From NCBI GenBank assembly GCA_950097015.1, contig CATNEN010000030.1, forward strand, positions 1,674,001 to 1,738,000: a stretch of DNA of 64,000 nucleotides. Direction: 5' to 3'. The position numbers and the translations under genes were made by a program. Numbering within the stretch: the stretch's first letter is position 1; the number at the start of each line of letters is the position of its first letter. This document shows, piece by piece, positions 35,731 to 56,300 of the stretch. The notes under the pieces are model-generated. The model did no database searches, was not told where the DNA came from, and saw nothing but the letters and a program-made list of their open reading frames with translations. The stretch is from Macrostomum hystrix. Its lineage: Eukaryota; Animalia; Platyhelminthes.

Positions 35731-37843
35731 CTACATCCAGCCACAGAAGGCGCTACCGTTGTTTGCCGCGGCCGATTCGCCGATGCGTTCGTCACTCTGA
35801 ACCTTCTTCAGAGAGGCCAGCTGGTCAGGCGTTGGCCAATAGGCGCCACCGTAGCCGGGAGTGATGGGGCTGACAGGAGTGTCGGCTGAGTAACGGCGCT
35901 GCTCAGCCAGGCCGCCAAAGAACAGCGCGCTGTTCCACAGGCGTCTGGGCCGCTCCGGCTCCGGCCAAAGACAGCGCGCGTCCTGCAGCTGCAGCTTCTG
36001 TGGCTGCGGTTGGTTCTGACTAGCCTGGCACTGATCCTCCAATGTCAGGGAGTCGCTGAGGGCGCCAGCTAGGTCATCAACACCGGCTGGTGTTACACTG
36101 ACAGTCGGAGGCAGATCTGTCTTCACCTGGCGCACCTGATGGAAATCGGCCACCAGTCTAAGCGCCTCAGCTGAGCGGGGAAGGCCGGGCTCCAGCCAAA
36201 GGCCCGGACACCGCATAGCAACATACTCGGAGATAAGCTGCTTGGCAAACTGCACCCTTTCGCGATTGCCGCTGATGGTGAAGCAGGTGCGCAGGCCAGG
36301 CTGTTTCTCCTGCTTACGTGGGGTGGCGATATGCGTGTCAGACAGCTGCTGCACCCAGCGAATGGTCTGGCCGGAGGCGCCAACAATCAGGCCGACCTTG
36401 TCCTGCTCCACCCAGAGTCGCTCCTCAACCCGGGTGGGCTCAGTGCGGGTCTGTCGCTCCTGCTGCACGCGGGTGAAATGCTCGCTCATCTGCTGCAGGA
36501 TGTGGATCGCCTGTGGGATTAGATTAAACACTCAATTTGATTTTCTGCTGCGAATTAGTTGATGAATCGAATTACAGTTATTTGATACAAATAGGTGACT
36601 CACCTCAGCAACTTTATCTGGCACTCCGGTGACCTCAAATACTGGAGGCTCATCTCTGGTGGGTGTCTTGACCCACACCTTTCAAGTGCTCACGGATTTG
36701 CTTGATTCGAAGACCTGCAAATGGAGAGTGAAGTATGAAAATGAGTTATTATGACTCAAGAAGCCTAGCTACGAGTAGATACATAAAAATAAAGCATTGT
36801 AGTGTTTAGCAGTTTATAACCCAGGGAGAACTATTAATAAAAACACTGCACCATAACATTTTTTTGTAAATAATTAATTACCTTAAACATAGGTGTATGC
36901 ATAGTAGTTTTGTCTTTTAACTAAGATTTTATACAAATAAGTTAAAAAAATATGTATGCTATTTATTTGCATAATTGTTACCACTGATTCATAAATACAC
37001 ATTTTGTTACAAAGTAGACGTAAAAAATGTATATATTTAAAATAATTGCTACTAAAATTTTGATTACGAATTGGACCTACATTATAATTATAACTAAATA
37101 TCTAACCAAGTTCTATTATAAAACTAAAGTTTTGAATAGTATTTAAACATTATTATCTAAGAAGTATCAGGAGTTGGCTAACTGCAAAGTTAAAAGAAAA
37201 CATAAAAAGAAAAATGTAAATTAAATTAAATATTAAATTTTATTAGGCAACATATCATATATATTTACTGAAATGAAAAAACTTACCATTCTTTCCAACA
37301 ATCTCTGCCACATGATCAGATGATGGAACTTGAATGCGCTCAGTAATGGTAGCATGCTTTTTGTTTTGGGAAACAGAAGCTTGCATCAGCCTTTGGAACA
37401 AATCCCTGGACCTGTTCTCAAAAGTAGCTAGTCGCAGGCGACTGTTTAAATCAGAGCTCATTGACATTTGTTCAATGGCTGATGGCGCACTTGCTGTAGA
37501 CTGTGAAGCAGATGTGTATTCAGAGAAGTGATCAAAGCTTTGAATATTGGCATCAGCAAAAGCTTCGGTGCCTTCTGTTCTTGTGGACAGTCCGCATCCA
37601 AGAATCGGCCGCCATGACATGGTGTCGCCAGTCTCGGACACCCGGCTGCTACTTGACTGCGTTGTTGATCTCTGGTTGGCTATCAAGCTTAGAAGTGACT
37701 CTGGATCCAACTTCTCCATCTTCGGTAAGTTGAGAGTGGGTAGAACGCGAAAAAGGTAGTCCGTTAGAGAAGTTCTCCGTTGTTTGATCCAAAAGACTTT
37801 CGCTCTTGAAGTCACGATGGTACTCCACGTCAACGTTCGACAT
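35731..37843 (-). CDS. MEX3: MEX-3-family tandem-KH RNA-binding protein without RING finger; start uncertain; one +1 frameshift in exon 2
   Basis: Exon 1 ends at 37287 (ITERIQVPSSDHVAEIVGKNG). Exon 2 36714-36604 (LRIKQIREHL/KVWVKTPTRDEPPVFEVTG) is 111 nt where 110 is expected. Exon 3 36510-35731 (AEH-like SEHF, KH2 VGLIVGASGQTIRWVQQLSDTHIATP). Start is either ATG 37843 (needing another +1 correction) or a downstream ATG such as MEKLD. Confidence 0.85.
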
Positions 37844-38639
37844 GCTAGGATCGAAAACCAGTAAGCAGTACACTCTTCGTTGTTTAGTTTGTCGCCCTCT
37901 ACATTCCACGTGGGTCAAGTTGCTTTGATATATATACGCGAATCCCAAGACTGATGTCACTGATAACGTTAAAACAAGCCTTTAATAATGAAAGAACAAG
38001 AAATCATTGCTACGTCGTTAAATATGCATATATTAGCAAATAAATATTATTTATTTTAAAATTTAGTTTTTTTCAGATCTAAAAACGTTTGTTGAAGACA
38101 TTTTTGTCTAAAAATAGAACATAAACCTAAAATGCCTTTTTTGGGGATTCCCTTACGCTACCAATGTACGTTATTAACCAATTTCTAAATAGGAAAAGGA
38201 AGACGTAAATCAGTAAATTAGTGTTCGCAATATTTCATTGTAACACTTTTTTGCTCCTTATAGCTCTAGAATTTTCATAATTACATAAAATGTCATACAA
38301 AAACATCTCTACAACTCACCGAATCACAATATCATATAAATGCTTCCAAAAATCAAAATACATTTGCTAATTAAAAGCGATAAACGTCAATTTGCTTCAG
38401 CGAACGAGAAAGAAACATTTCTGTCCGGAGGGAGCAATTTTAAATTCGGTATATTCGGGTTTATTCTCGTGATCTCGCAAGACAGACCCCCAAACAATCA
38501 AACCTCCCCAAATCTCCGACGGCACGCGGCCGGGCTCAAATCCCCAGTGACGGCGTCCAGAAAGCCCCTTAATAAAAAAAGTTCTGGCTAATCTTCTCTG
38601 GCTACAGCCTAAAATTGTCCAGAGCATTGCCTGGTTAAG

Positions 38640-39090
38640 GTGTCCGCGATAGCCACGCCGCCCTCAGGGCCGTCGAACGTACTTCCATCAACTCCAAAAC
38701 CACCCTCGACTGCAACCGCGGCAACTCAACGGGCTGGCGCAGTCCAATTCGGTGGTGCTGAAGTGGATTCCTGGCCATGCGGGCTTACCGGGATGGATCG
38801 AATCTAAACACCAGGAGAGGTGAACCAACACCCAGAACTGTCGCCAGTCCAGGGCCGCGGTCCCTTCTCCTTCGCGCAACCTGCGTAAAGCTCTCCTAAA
38901 GCTCAATCGCAGAGACCTCAGAGCGGCCAGTAGGCCCTTTCAGGGCACGGCTGTATTCTCCCGTCACCGCTTTCTTCATGGCCAGATACCAGGCGAGCAC
39001 TGCCCACTCTGCCAGTCCGCCAGCGAAAATGCGGAGCACTTATATCTGCCACTGCCCAGTCTTAACGAGGACACGGATAAAATAGCTAGG
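38640..39090 (+). mobile_element. Degenerate 3' fragment of an RNase-H-bearing non-LTR retrotransposon (I/R1/LOA-like)
   Basis: DSHAALRAV at 38648, VVLKWIPGHAGLPG at ~38752-38793, C-terminal CPLCQSASENAEHFICHCP at 39001; frames disrupted. Confidence 0.75.
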
Positions 39091-39138
39091 GTGAATTTCA
39101 GCAATCCAGTGCTAAAGGACACAATTTGTTCTAATTAA

Positions 39139-39200
39139 GTCCAGGAGTCGAACACCGGCCGTCTTCAAGTCGTGGGTCCGACGCTATTAACCACTAGGCT
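39139..39200 (-). pseudogene. tRNA-derived relic or SINE head
   Basis: Minus strand agcctagtggtta (A-box-like) ... gttcgactcc (B-box-like); no complete cloverleaf. Confidence 0.5.
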
Positions 39201-40045
39201 TCATTCAACCTGTTGAAACTCTCGACTAAATTAACTCCATCGTGATCCTTGAATTTTCTAAAACCGAACAATTTTCGTCATATTTCATCATGCACCAGTT
39301 TAGCATCGATGCAGCAGTGTTAAAACGTAAGCCTACTTTCGTTTTCTTGTTTCACATCTGTACAGCTGTTTCACAGCATTGGCAATGGAAAGAGTGCATA
39401 CATAAATATGGACTAGACTAACAGCGCAAGTGTGTTTCTTTAAATAGCCCTCTGCTGCTTGGAGCCGTCTATTTTTGTTTGTGGACAATTTTATGGATTG
39501 CTAAAATAGCACACTCAAAAATGAATGGCGGTTTTTAACAAGCCGTAAACCGAGATTTTACTGTAACCAGCGATGTGAATTTTTATGGCCATTTGTACTC
39601 GCACGTTGGTTCGTTTTTTTTAAATTGGAAAACGACACAATTGGAATATAATTTTTAGATAAAATTCGAAAAAGGAAGTACGCGCTCTTTTAATTTAGTG
39701 GGAAAAAACAATTCGTGTAAGTTTGCGGTAAGTAGGATTTTTCTGTGTCTCGCCTGTTGCCCAAAATGTATATAGGCTGCGTCTTTCACAAGCTCGTTAA
39801 CGAATTTCGCGCACCGGAATAGTGAATCGCCCACATTTTTTGTTTTGGAGTCACATTTTGCTTTGCATGCTACTGTCCGATATGTTTGGAAAAAGCGGTA
39901 AGATAAGAATATTTTTGATTAGTTAAACAAGTTCATAGGTTCCAGTAGACTCAGGAGCATTTTTTATACGAAATTCATTATTGAGAATCACATGCTTCCA
40001 GCAGCTGCAGTCAACCAAAACCCTCAACCAAAAAATTGCTAATGG

Positions 40046-40118
40046 TGTCCAAGATGGGATTCGAACCCACAATCTTCGGCTCCGGAAACCGACGCCTTAT
40101 CCATTAGGCCACTTGGAC
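40046..40118 (-). tRNA. trnR-CCG: tRNA-Arg (anticodon CCG)
   Basis: Full cloverleaf: GTCCAAG/CTTGGAC, GCCT/AGGC, TCGGT-TTCCGGA-GCCGA, GTGGG-TTCGAAT-CCCAT; T6 terminator ~10 nt downstream. Confidence 0.93.
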
Positions 40119-40660
40119 TGCGCCCAGTAGGTGTTTCTAATGACAATTTAAAACATAATAAAACTTGATTAATGTTTACGCGCCGCGTTAACTTATTTCT
40201 GAGAATGAATAACTCTTTAGATGTCATAAACATCTAATTTTGAGACATATTATGTCACGCATTTCTTATTCGCTGGGTTGAATCAAAATGTTTTCTTGAG
40301 TCAGCCACTTAGTCTGCTGTTACTAATACTTGCATTAATAGTAAAGGCGCATCAACACAGGCGGCAAAACTTGTTGACCAAAAATATTTTGGGTCAAAGT
40401 CAAAATTTAATGCTAGACAGGCTTGACTGAGACAACATGTATTTCCACTCGGAGCGAGCTAACTCTTCGGCTGACAGTAGCAACTGCTCTTACAGGTTCG
40501 TGTGCAAATTTATGCTTTACCACGAGTCTTCACATTTGCTACTACATGTAAGAAATGTTGTCAGTCAAGACACGGTCAGAACCAAAGGGGTGTCAGACAC
40601 AGAGGTAAGTCACAGGGAACTGTTAGTCATAGTGGTTTAGTCCTAGGTGTCCGTACCAGA

Positions 40661-42207
40661 GGGTTCAGTCCCAAAGGTTCAGTCCCAAAGGTTCAGTCCC
40701 AAAGGTTCAGTCCCAAAGGTTCAGTCCCAAAGGTTCAGTCCCATAGGTTCTGTCCACTCCAGGGGTCAGTCCACTACAGGGGTCAGTCCACTACAGGGGT
40801 CAGTCAACTACAGGGATCAGTCAACTACAGGGGTTAGTCAACTACAGGGGTCAGTCAACTACAGGGGTCAGTCAACTACAGGGGTCAGTCAACTACAGGG
40901 GTCAGTCAACTACAGGGGTCAGTCCACTACAGGGGTCAGTCAACTACAGGGGTCAGTCAACTACAGGGTTCAGTCAACTACAGGGGTCAGTCAACTACAG
41001 GGGTCAGTCAACTACAGGGGTCAGTCAACTACAGGGTTCAGTCAACTACAGGGGTCAGTCAACTACAGGGGTCAGTCAACTACAGGGGTCAGTCAACTAC
41101 AGGGGTCAGTCAACTACAGGGGTCAGTCAACTACAGGGTTCAGTCAACTACAGGGGTCAGTCAACTACAGGGGTCAGTCAACTACAGGGGTCAGTCAACT
41201 ACAGGGTTCAGTCAACTACAGGGGTCAGTCAACTACAGGGGTCAGTCAACTACAGGGGTCAGTCAACTACAGGGGTCAGTCAACTACAGGGGTCAGTCAA
41301 CTACAGGGATCAGTCAACTACAGGGGTTAGTCAACTACAGGGGTCAGTCAACTACAGGGGTCAGTCAACTACAGGGGTCAGTCAACTACAGGGGTCAGTC
41401 AACTACAGGGGTCAGTCCACTACAGGGGTCAGTCAACTACAGGGGTCAGTCAACTACAGGGGTCAGTCAACTACAGGGGTCAGTCAACTACAGGGTTCAG
41501 TCAACTACAGGGGTCAGTCAACTACAGGGGTCAGTCAACTACAGGGTTCAGTCAACTACAGGGGTCAGTCAACTACAGGGGTCAGTCAACTACAGGGGTC
41601 AGTCCACTCCAGGGGTCAGTCCACTACAGGGGTCAGTCCACTACAGGGGTCAGTCCACTACAGGGTTCAGTCAACTACAGGGTTCAGTCCACTACAGGGG
41701 TCAGTCAACTACAGGGTTCAGTCAACTACAGGGGTCAGTCAACTACAGGGGTCAGTCAACTACAGGGGTCAGTCAACTACAGGGGTCAGTCAACTACAGG
41801 GGTCAGTCAACTACAGGGGTCAGTCAACTACAGGGTTCAGTCAACTACAGGGGTCAGTCAACTACAGGGTTCAGTCAACTACAGGGGTCAGTCAACTACA
41901 GGGGTCAGTCAACTACAGGGATCAGTCAACTACAGGGGTCAGTCAACTACAGGGTTCAGTCAACTACAGGGGTCAGTCAACTACAGGGGTCAGTCAACTA
42001 CAGGGGTCAGTCAACTACAGGGGTCAGTCAACTACAGGGGTCAGTCCACTACAGGGGTCAGTCCACTACAGGGTTCAGTCCACTACAGGGGTCAGTCCAC
42101 TACAGCGTTCAGTCCACTACAGGGGTCAGTCAACTACAGGGGTCAGTCAACTACAGGGGTCAGTCAACTACAGGGGTCAGTCAACTACAGGGGTCAATCA
42201 ACTACAG
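40661..42207. repeat. 14-bp array (40661-40745) followed by 17-bp satellite (~85 copies), intergenic
   Basis: Units ggttcagtcccaaa and ggggtcagtcaactaca. Confidence 0.95.
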
Positions 42208-42907
42208 GGGAACTAGAGGGGCCAGAGGGTACAAACTTCTGGCGCAGATACCATCGAAAATTAACGCATTTGGTACTGTACTGCCGCCCTCTTGTGACGT
42301 TGGTGCACAGTTGAAAAGGACAAAGGTTGCATCGACAGTTGTGAGCCATTCTGTCTGTTCACAAACAGTAAAACAGCTTCGGCTTGTTTCACATAAATTG
42401 CTGCTTGAATCACTGTATTCTGCATTAGCATAAAAGGTAATTTCCGATTCGGGTAATGAATCTTTTCTAAGAAATGCGATTTGCTATTCAAAGCTAAAAG
42501 AAAATACGATAACAGGGATATGCAAATGTCGAATGCGTAGGAGGTTGTCAGGTTACAATGCGTCTGCGCTGTTAAGATCTACTAAAAGCAGTCAGCTGTT
42601 CAGTATTTAGTCGGCATCACCGCTGACCGATCGCGTACACTTCAAAAGGGCCTATATAGTGTGCGTGTGTGAGGGGGTGGAGGTGGCTGGCAGCCATACA
42701 GAACTCGCGACCTCGAGACCCGGGCTTTCACTCTTCCATTCCCAGTGCAGCTCGCAGAGTGTTTAATACTGCGACCGGCGCATGTGGCTAGAATTCAAGA
42801 TAGCATTGAAATAGGAAAAAAATCGCAGGCATCGCGTTCCCCTATACTAAAGAAGGCCGAGAATTCACCGAGCGGCGACTTCCTGACGATCATCGGCATC
42901 GGCAAGC

Positions 42908-50998
<8,091 letters not shown>

Positions 50999-51679
50999 CA
51001 GCAGCTTCCACCTTGAGGACTCCATCGTTGGCCTTGCAGTAGAGGCAAGCATCGAACGATTAGCAAGGAAGGGATATTGGTGGACAGCCACACTGTCCAC
51101 AGGACAAGACAGACAGAACTTTCTGGAATCGATTCTTCATAAAGCAGAAATCACCAAACCTTTCTCTTGTACTCCATGCAATGGAGAAGATCTTTAACGC
51201 GCCTGAATTAGTCACTGCTCCTGGAGTTTTTTGCAACATTTTTAAATGTTAATAAACACTTCTCAGGCATGAGTTTTCGAACATACTACTGTTAAATACT
51301 AACTAAGTAGTTTCGACAGCGAATGTGCGCTATAATGCTTATTAATCTTGCAAATAAGAAATGACTAATCGATTTAATCGATTATGTGTATATTTTAAGC
51401 ATCATCATTTTTCAATTTAAGTCTTTTGCAAGTTTTCAAACAAAAAAAATTTTTTTGAACAAAACTTAAGCCTAAATAATGATAAAAATTGGCTAATGCC
51501 CAAGCATTCCCTATCGAGTGTTTGCAGCAGGAGTTCCCACCTTTGATGAATTACTATATAGATATTTTTGCGAAGCGTTCAAGCATAAATAAGCATAAAT
51601 GTGAGTTGATAATAGTTTAAGAAAAAGTGAGGTATATGCTTTTTAAACAACAGGTTTTGAATTACATTATAGTTCTACT

Positions 51680-53127
51680 ACAATTGTTTCCTATTCTTCT
51701 TCTGTTTCCACTTCCTCTTCTGATTCCTCTTCCTCTTCTGTTTCCACTTCCTCTTCTGATTCCTCTTCCTCTTCTGTTTCCACTTCCTCTTCTGTTTCCA
51801 CTTCCTCTTCTGTTTCCACTTCCTCTTCTGCTTCCACTTCCTCTTCTGATTCCTCTTTCTCTTCTGTTTCCTCTTTCTCTTCTGTTTCCTCTTTCTCTTC
51901 TGTTTCCTCTTTCTCTTCTGTTTCCTCTTTCTCTTCTGTTTCCTCTTCCTCTTCTGTTTCCTCTTCCTCCTCTGTTTCCTCTTCCTCTTCTGTTTCCTCT
52001 TCCTCTTCTGTTTCCTCTTCCTCTTCTGATTCCTCGTCCTCTTCTGTTTCCACTTCCTCGTCTGTTTCCTCTTTCTCTTCTGTTTCCTCTTTCTCTTCTG
52101 TTTCCTCTTCCTCTTCTGTTTCCTCTTCCTCTTCTGTTTCCACTTCCTCTTCTGATTCCTCTTCCTCTTCTGATTCCACTCCCTCTTCTGTTTCCACTTC
52201 CTCTTCTGTTTCCTCTTCCTCTTCTGTTTCCTCTTCCTCTTCTGTTTCCACTCCCTCTTCTGTTTCCACTTCCTCTTCTGATTCCTCTTCCTCTTCTGAT
52301 TCCACTCCCTCTTCTGTTTCCACTTCCTCTTCTGTTTCCTCTTCCTCTTCTGTTTCCTCTTCCTCTTCTGTTTCCACTTCCTCTTCTGATTCCACTTCCT
52401 CTTCTGATTCCACTCCCTCTTCTGTTTCCACTTCCTCTTCTGTTTCCTCTTCCTCTTCTGATTCCACTTCCTCTTCTGATTCCACTCCCTCTTCTGCTTC
52501 CACTTCCTCTTCTGATTCCACTTCCTCTTCTGTTTCCACTTCCTCTTCTGTTTCCACTTCCTCTTCTGCTTCCACTTCCTCTTCTGATTCCTCTTTCTCT
52601 TCTGTTTCCTCTTTCTCTTCTGTTTCCTCTTCCTCTTCTGTTTCCTCTTTCTCTTCTGTTTCATCTTCCTCTTCTGTTTCCACTTCCTCTTCTGTTTCCA
52701 CTCCCTCTTCTGTTTCCTCTTCCTCTTCTGTTTCCACTCCCTCTTCTGTTTCCTCTTTCTCTTCTGTTTCCTCTTTCTCTTCTGTTTCCACTCCCTCTTC
52801 TGTTTCCTCTTTCTCTTCTGTTTCCACTCCCTCTTCTGATTCCTCTTTCTCTTCTGTTTCCTCTTTCTCTTCTGTTTCCTCTTCCTCTTCTGATTCCTCT
52901 TTCTCTTCTGTTTCCTCTTCCTCTTCTGTTTCCACTTCCTCTTCTGTTTCCACTCCCTCTTCTGTTTCCTCTTCATCTTCTGTTTCCACTTCCTCTTCTG
53001 TTTCCTCTTCCTCCTCTGTTTCCTCTTCCTCTTCTGTTTCCTCTTTCTCTTCTGTTTCCACTCCCTCTTCTGTTTCCTCTTTCTCTTCTGTTTCCTCTTT
53101 CTCTTCTGTTTCCTCTTCCTCTTCTGT
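51680..53127. repeat. 18-bp pyrimidine-rich tandem repeat between the convergent NLK and ITPR-like 3' ends
   Basis: Unit ctcttctgtttcctcttc with variants; strong strand asymmetry. Confidence 0.95.
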
Positions 53128-53342
53128 TTAAATCAAACAAGTTCAGCTGCAAAAGGGACATATCTTTAAGCGATAGAGGATGCGATATGAGAAGATTCAG
53201 TTTCTGAATAGATCCTGCAGTGCTTCGACTACAGTTCCCATTGCGAGTGTCTAAAAAAGTGAAAAGTGTAAAGAGGAAATATGAATATCCAGAGCGTCTT
53301 TGAAACTCCTTGCGAATCCGAGGTCCGGGCCGCTGCCTGGGT

Positions 53343-56300
53343 CTACTGCGCTGCCGGGTGCTGCCGTGGCTCGCCGTCCTCGTCGTAGGCGTCCAAGAAG
53401 CCCAGATGATGCTCAGCTGCGACCTCCTCAACCACGGCGGGCGCCCCCGAGGACGCGAGCTGGGCGGTGTGGTCGGCCATTGGGGAAGGTCGGGAACAAT
53501 GAGAATTCGAACCGCTCTGCCCCCTTCTCTCACCGGCAGTCTGTCCGTTCCCTCACCTTCCCTCACCGGCAGTCTGTCCGTTCCCTCACCTTCCCTCACC
53601 GGCAGTCTGTCCGTTCCCTCACCTTCCCTCACCGGCAGTCTGCCCGTTCCCTCACCTTCCCTCACCGGCAGTCTGTTCGTTCCCTCACCTTCCCTCACCG
53701 GCAGTCTGCCCGTTCCCTCACCTTCCCTCACCGGCAGTCTGTCCGTTCCCTCACCTTCCCTCACCGGCAGTCTGTCCGTTCCCTCACCTTCCCTCACCGG
53801 CAGTCTGTCCGTTCCCTCACCTTCCCTCACCGGCAGTCTGTCCGTTCCCTCAGGCTAAAGGCAATGGCACAGGCAAGGGCTGCAGGCAATGGCACATCAT
53901 TTGGTGACAGCAGACCTGCAGCCAGCCAGGTGGCAGCTCTGCCGTTCTGCCACGCCTGCGCCCCAAATGAATGTGGCCTCGCCGCGGAATCGAGCTCATG
54001 GATCTTGGCGCTAGAGGCAAACGCGTTAACCGCTCTGCCACTCACCCCCTTAGTCTGCCCCTTCCCCACCTTCCCTCACCGGCAGTCTGCCCCTTTTTGC
54101 CCTTGTTCCGCGGGCTCTTATCTCCCCCAATCGCCACTGACCTCCGGCTGGGACACAGTCAGTCGATAATCCTCCTCGCTGTTCACTGGGCTGGCCTCCC
54201 TATTCTGAGCCTCCAGATTCAGCTGACGAAAAGAGGCCACTCGAGGCATGGACAGAAAGTCGTCATCCTCTGTCAAGTTGTCATGGTGACCGTTTCCATT
54301 GCAGCCGCCGCCTCCGCCGCCACCGCCACCGCCACCGCTGCCACCGCCGCCGCCGCCGCCAAGAACTCTACGTTGCCATTTTCGCTGCCTGTTGAGCTCA
54401 GCCCAGCGCTTCCGCTCCGCCTCCTGTGAGTGGATTGACAGTTAAGTTGAGAAGTGTTCAAAAACAAAGTGATAAGAAAAGGAGGCCGATAAATCGTCTG
54501 ACCTCTTCCTTCTGGTGCTGCACAAGATTCTTCACGTGCTGCAGCAGTTCGTCAATCTTGGACTCCGTGGAATCTTCGTCCTTGGCCGTCAGGCAGAGGG
54601 CTCGGTTCATTGGGAAGAAGTCGTACTTCTCTTCTAAAAGCTGAACACAGCGAGAGAGCAATGCCTGTTAGACAGGACTGATACATGTTAGACAGGACTG
54701 ATACATGTTAGACAGGACTGAAACATGTTAGACAGGACTGAAACATGTTAGACAGGACTGATACATGTTAGACAGGACTGATACATGTTAGACAGGACTG
54801 ATACATGTTAGACAGGACTGATACATGTTAGACAGGACTGATACATGTTAGACAGGACTGATACATGTTAGACAGGACTGAAACATGTTAGACAGGACTG
54901 ATACATGTTAGACAGGACTGATACATGTTAGACAGGACTGATACATGTTAGACAGGACTGATACATGTTAGACAGGACTGATACATGTTAGACAGGACTG
55001 ATACATGTTAGACAGGACTGATACATGTTAGACAGGACTGATACATGTTAGACAGGACTGATACATGTTAGACAGGACTGATACATGTTAGACAGGACTG
55101 AAACATGTTAGACAGGACTGATACATGTTAGACAGGACTGATACATGTTAGACAGGACTGAAACATGTTAGACAGGACTGATACATGTTAGACAGGACTG
55201 ATACATGTTAGACAGGACTGATACACGTTAGACAGGACTGATACATGTTAGACAGGACTGATACATGTTAGACAGGACTGATACATGTTAGACAGCACTG
55301 ATACATTAGACAGGACTGATACATGTTAGACAGGCACTGATACATGTTAGACAGGACTGATACATGTTAGACAGGACTGATACATGTTAGACAGGACTGA
55401 TACATGTTAGACAGGACTGATACATGTTAGACAGGACTGAAACATGTTAGACATGTAAGCAAGCTATCTGCCAGTCTTCACCCACCAGCTTATAGACGTG
55501 CAACTCCAGCGAAGTGTAGTCATTCTTGGCCGTGTCCTGCAGGTGAATGAAGAAGAAGATGTAGGCCCACATGTTGTGCTCGTTGCGTACGTGATAGTCG
55601 AAGCCCTGGCCGTGGTGCTCGAAGTCGTAGTTGCTGCGCGAGCAGATGAAGCAGTTGTCTCGCATGTCCACCTCGGCTGTCCACTTCATGTTGCGCAGCT
55701 CGCTGAATGTGTCCACAATGATGCCGAAGATGATGTTCAGGCCCACGGTGGTGATGAGGATGAAGAACACGATGTGAAAGACAGCCATCCAGAAGTAGGA
55801 ATCGAAGGTTGGCGACTCCTCACGCGGCACCATGTTCTGCGAGGTGCGCGAACTTGGCTAGTTGATTCAATTTCTAAAAACTTCTCAGAGTGTCTAACAG
55901 ATTCTAATTGTGCCTAACGATTTCCTCATGGTCTCATGATTTCCTCATGATTTCCTCATTCCTCATTCTCTTGTAATTTCTTTATTGTCTAACAATATCC
56001 TCCTTTTCTAACAGTTTCCTACGGTGTCTAACAGTTTCCCACAGTGTCTAACAGTTTCCTACGGTGTCTAACAGTTTCCCACAGTGTCTAATAGTTTCCT
56101 GCGGTGTCTAACAGCTTCCTACAGTGTCTAACAGTTTCCTACAGTGTCTAACAGGTTCCTACAGTGTCTAACAGTTTCCTACAGTATCTAACAGTTTCCC
56201 ACAGTGTCTAACAGTTTCCTACAGTATCTAACAGTTTCCTACAGTGTCTAACAGCTTCCCACAGTGTCTAACAGTTTCCCACAGTGTCTAACAGCTTCCT

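Noticed and set aside
51627-53207. Poly-Glu/Thr, Lys/Arg and Leu/Pro ORFs of 430-530 aa
   Set aside because: All three are frames of the same 18-bp array, with no unique domain or splice context.
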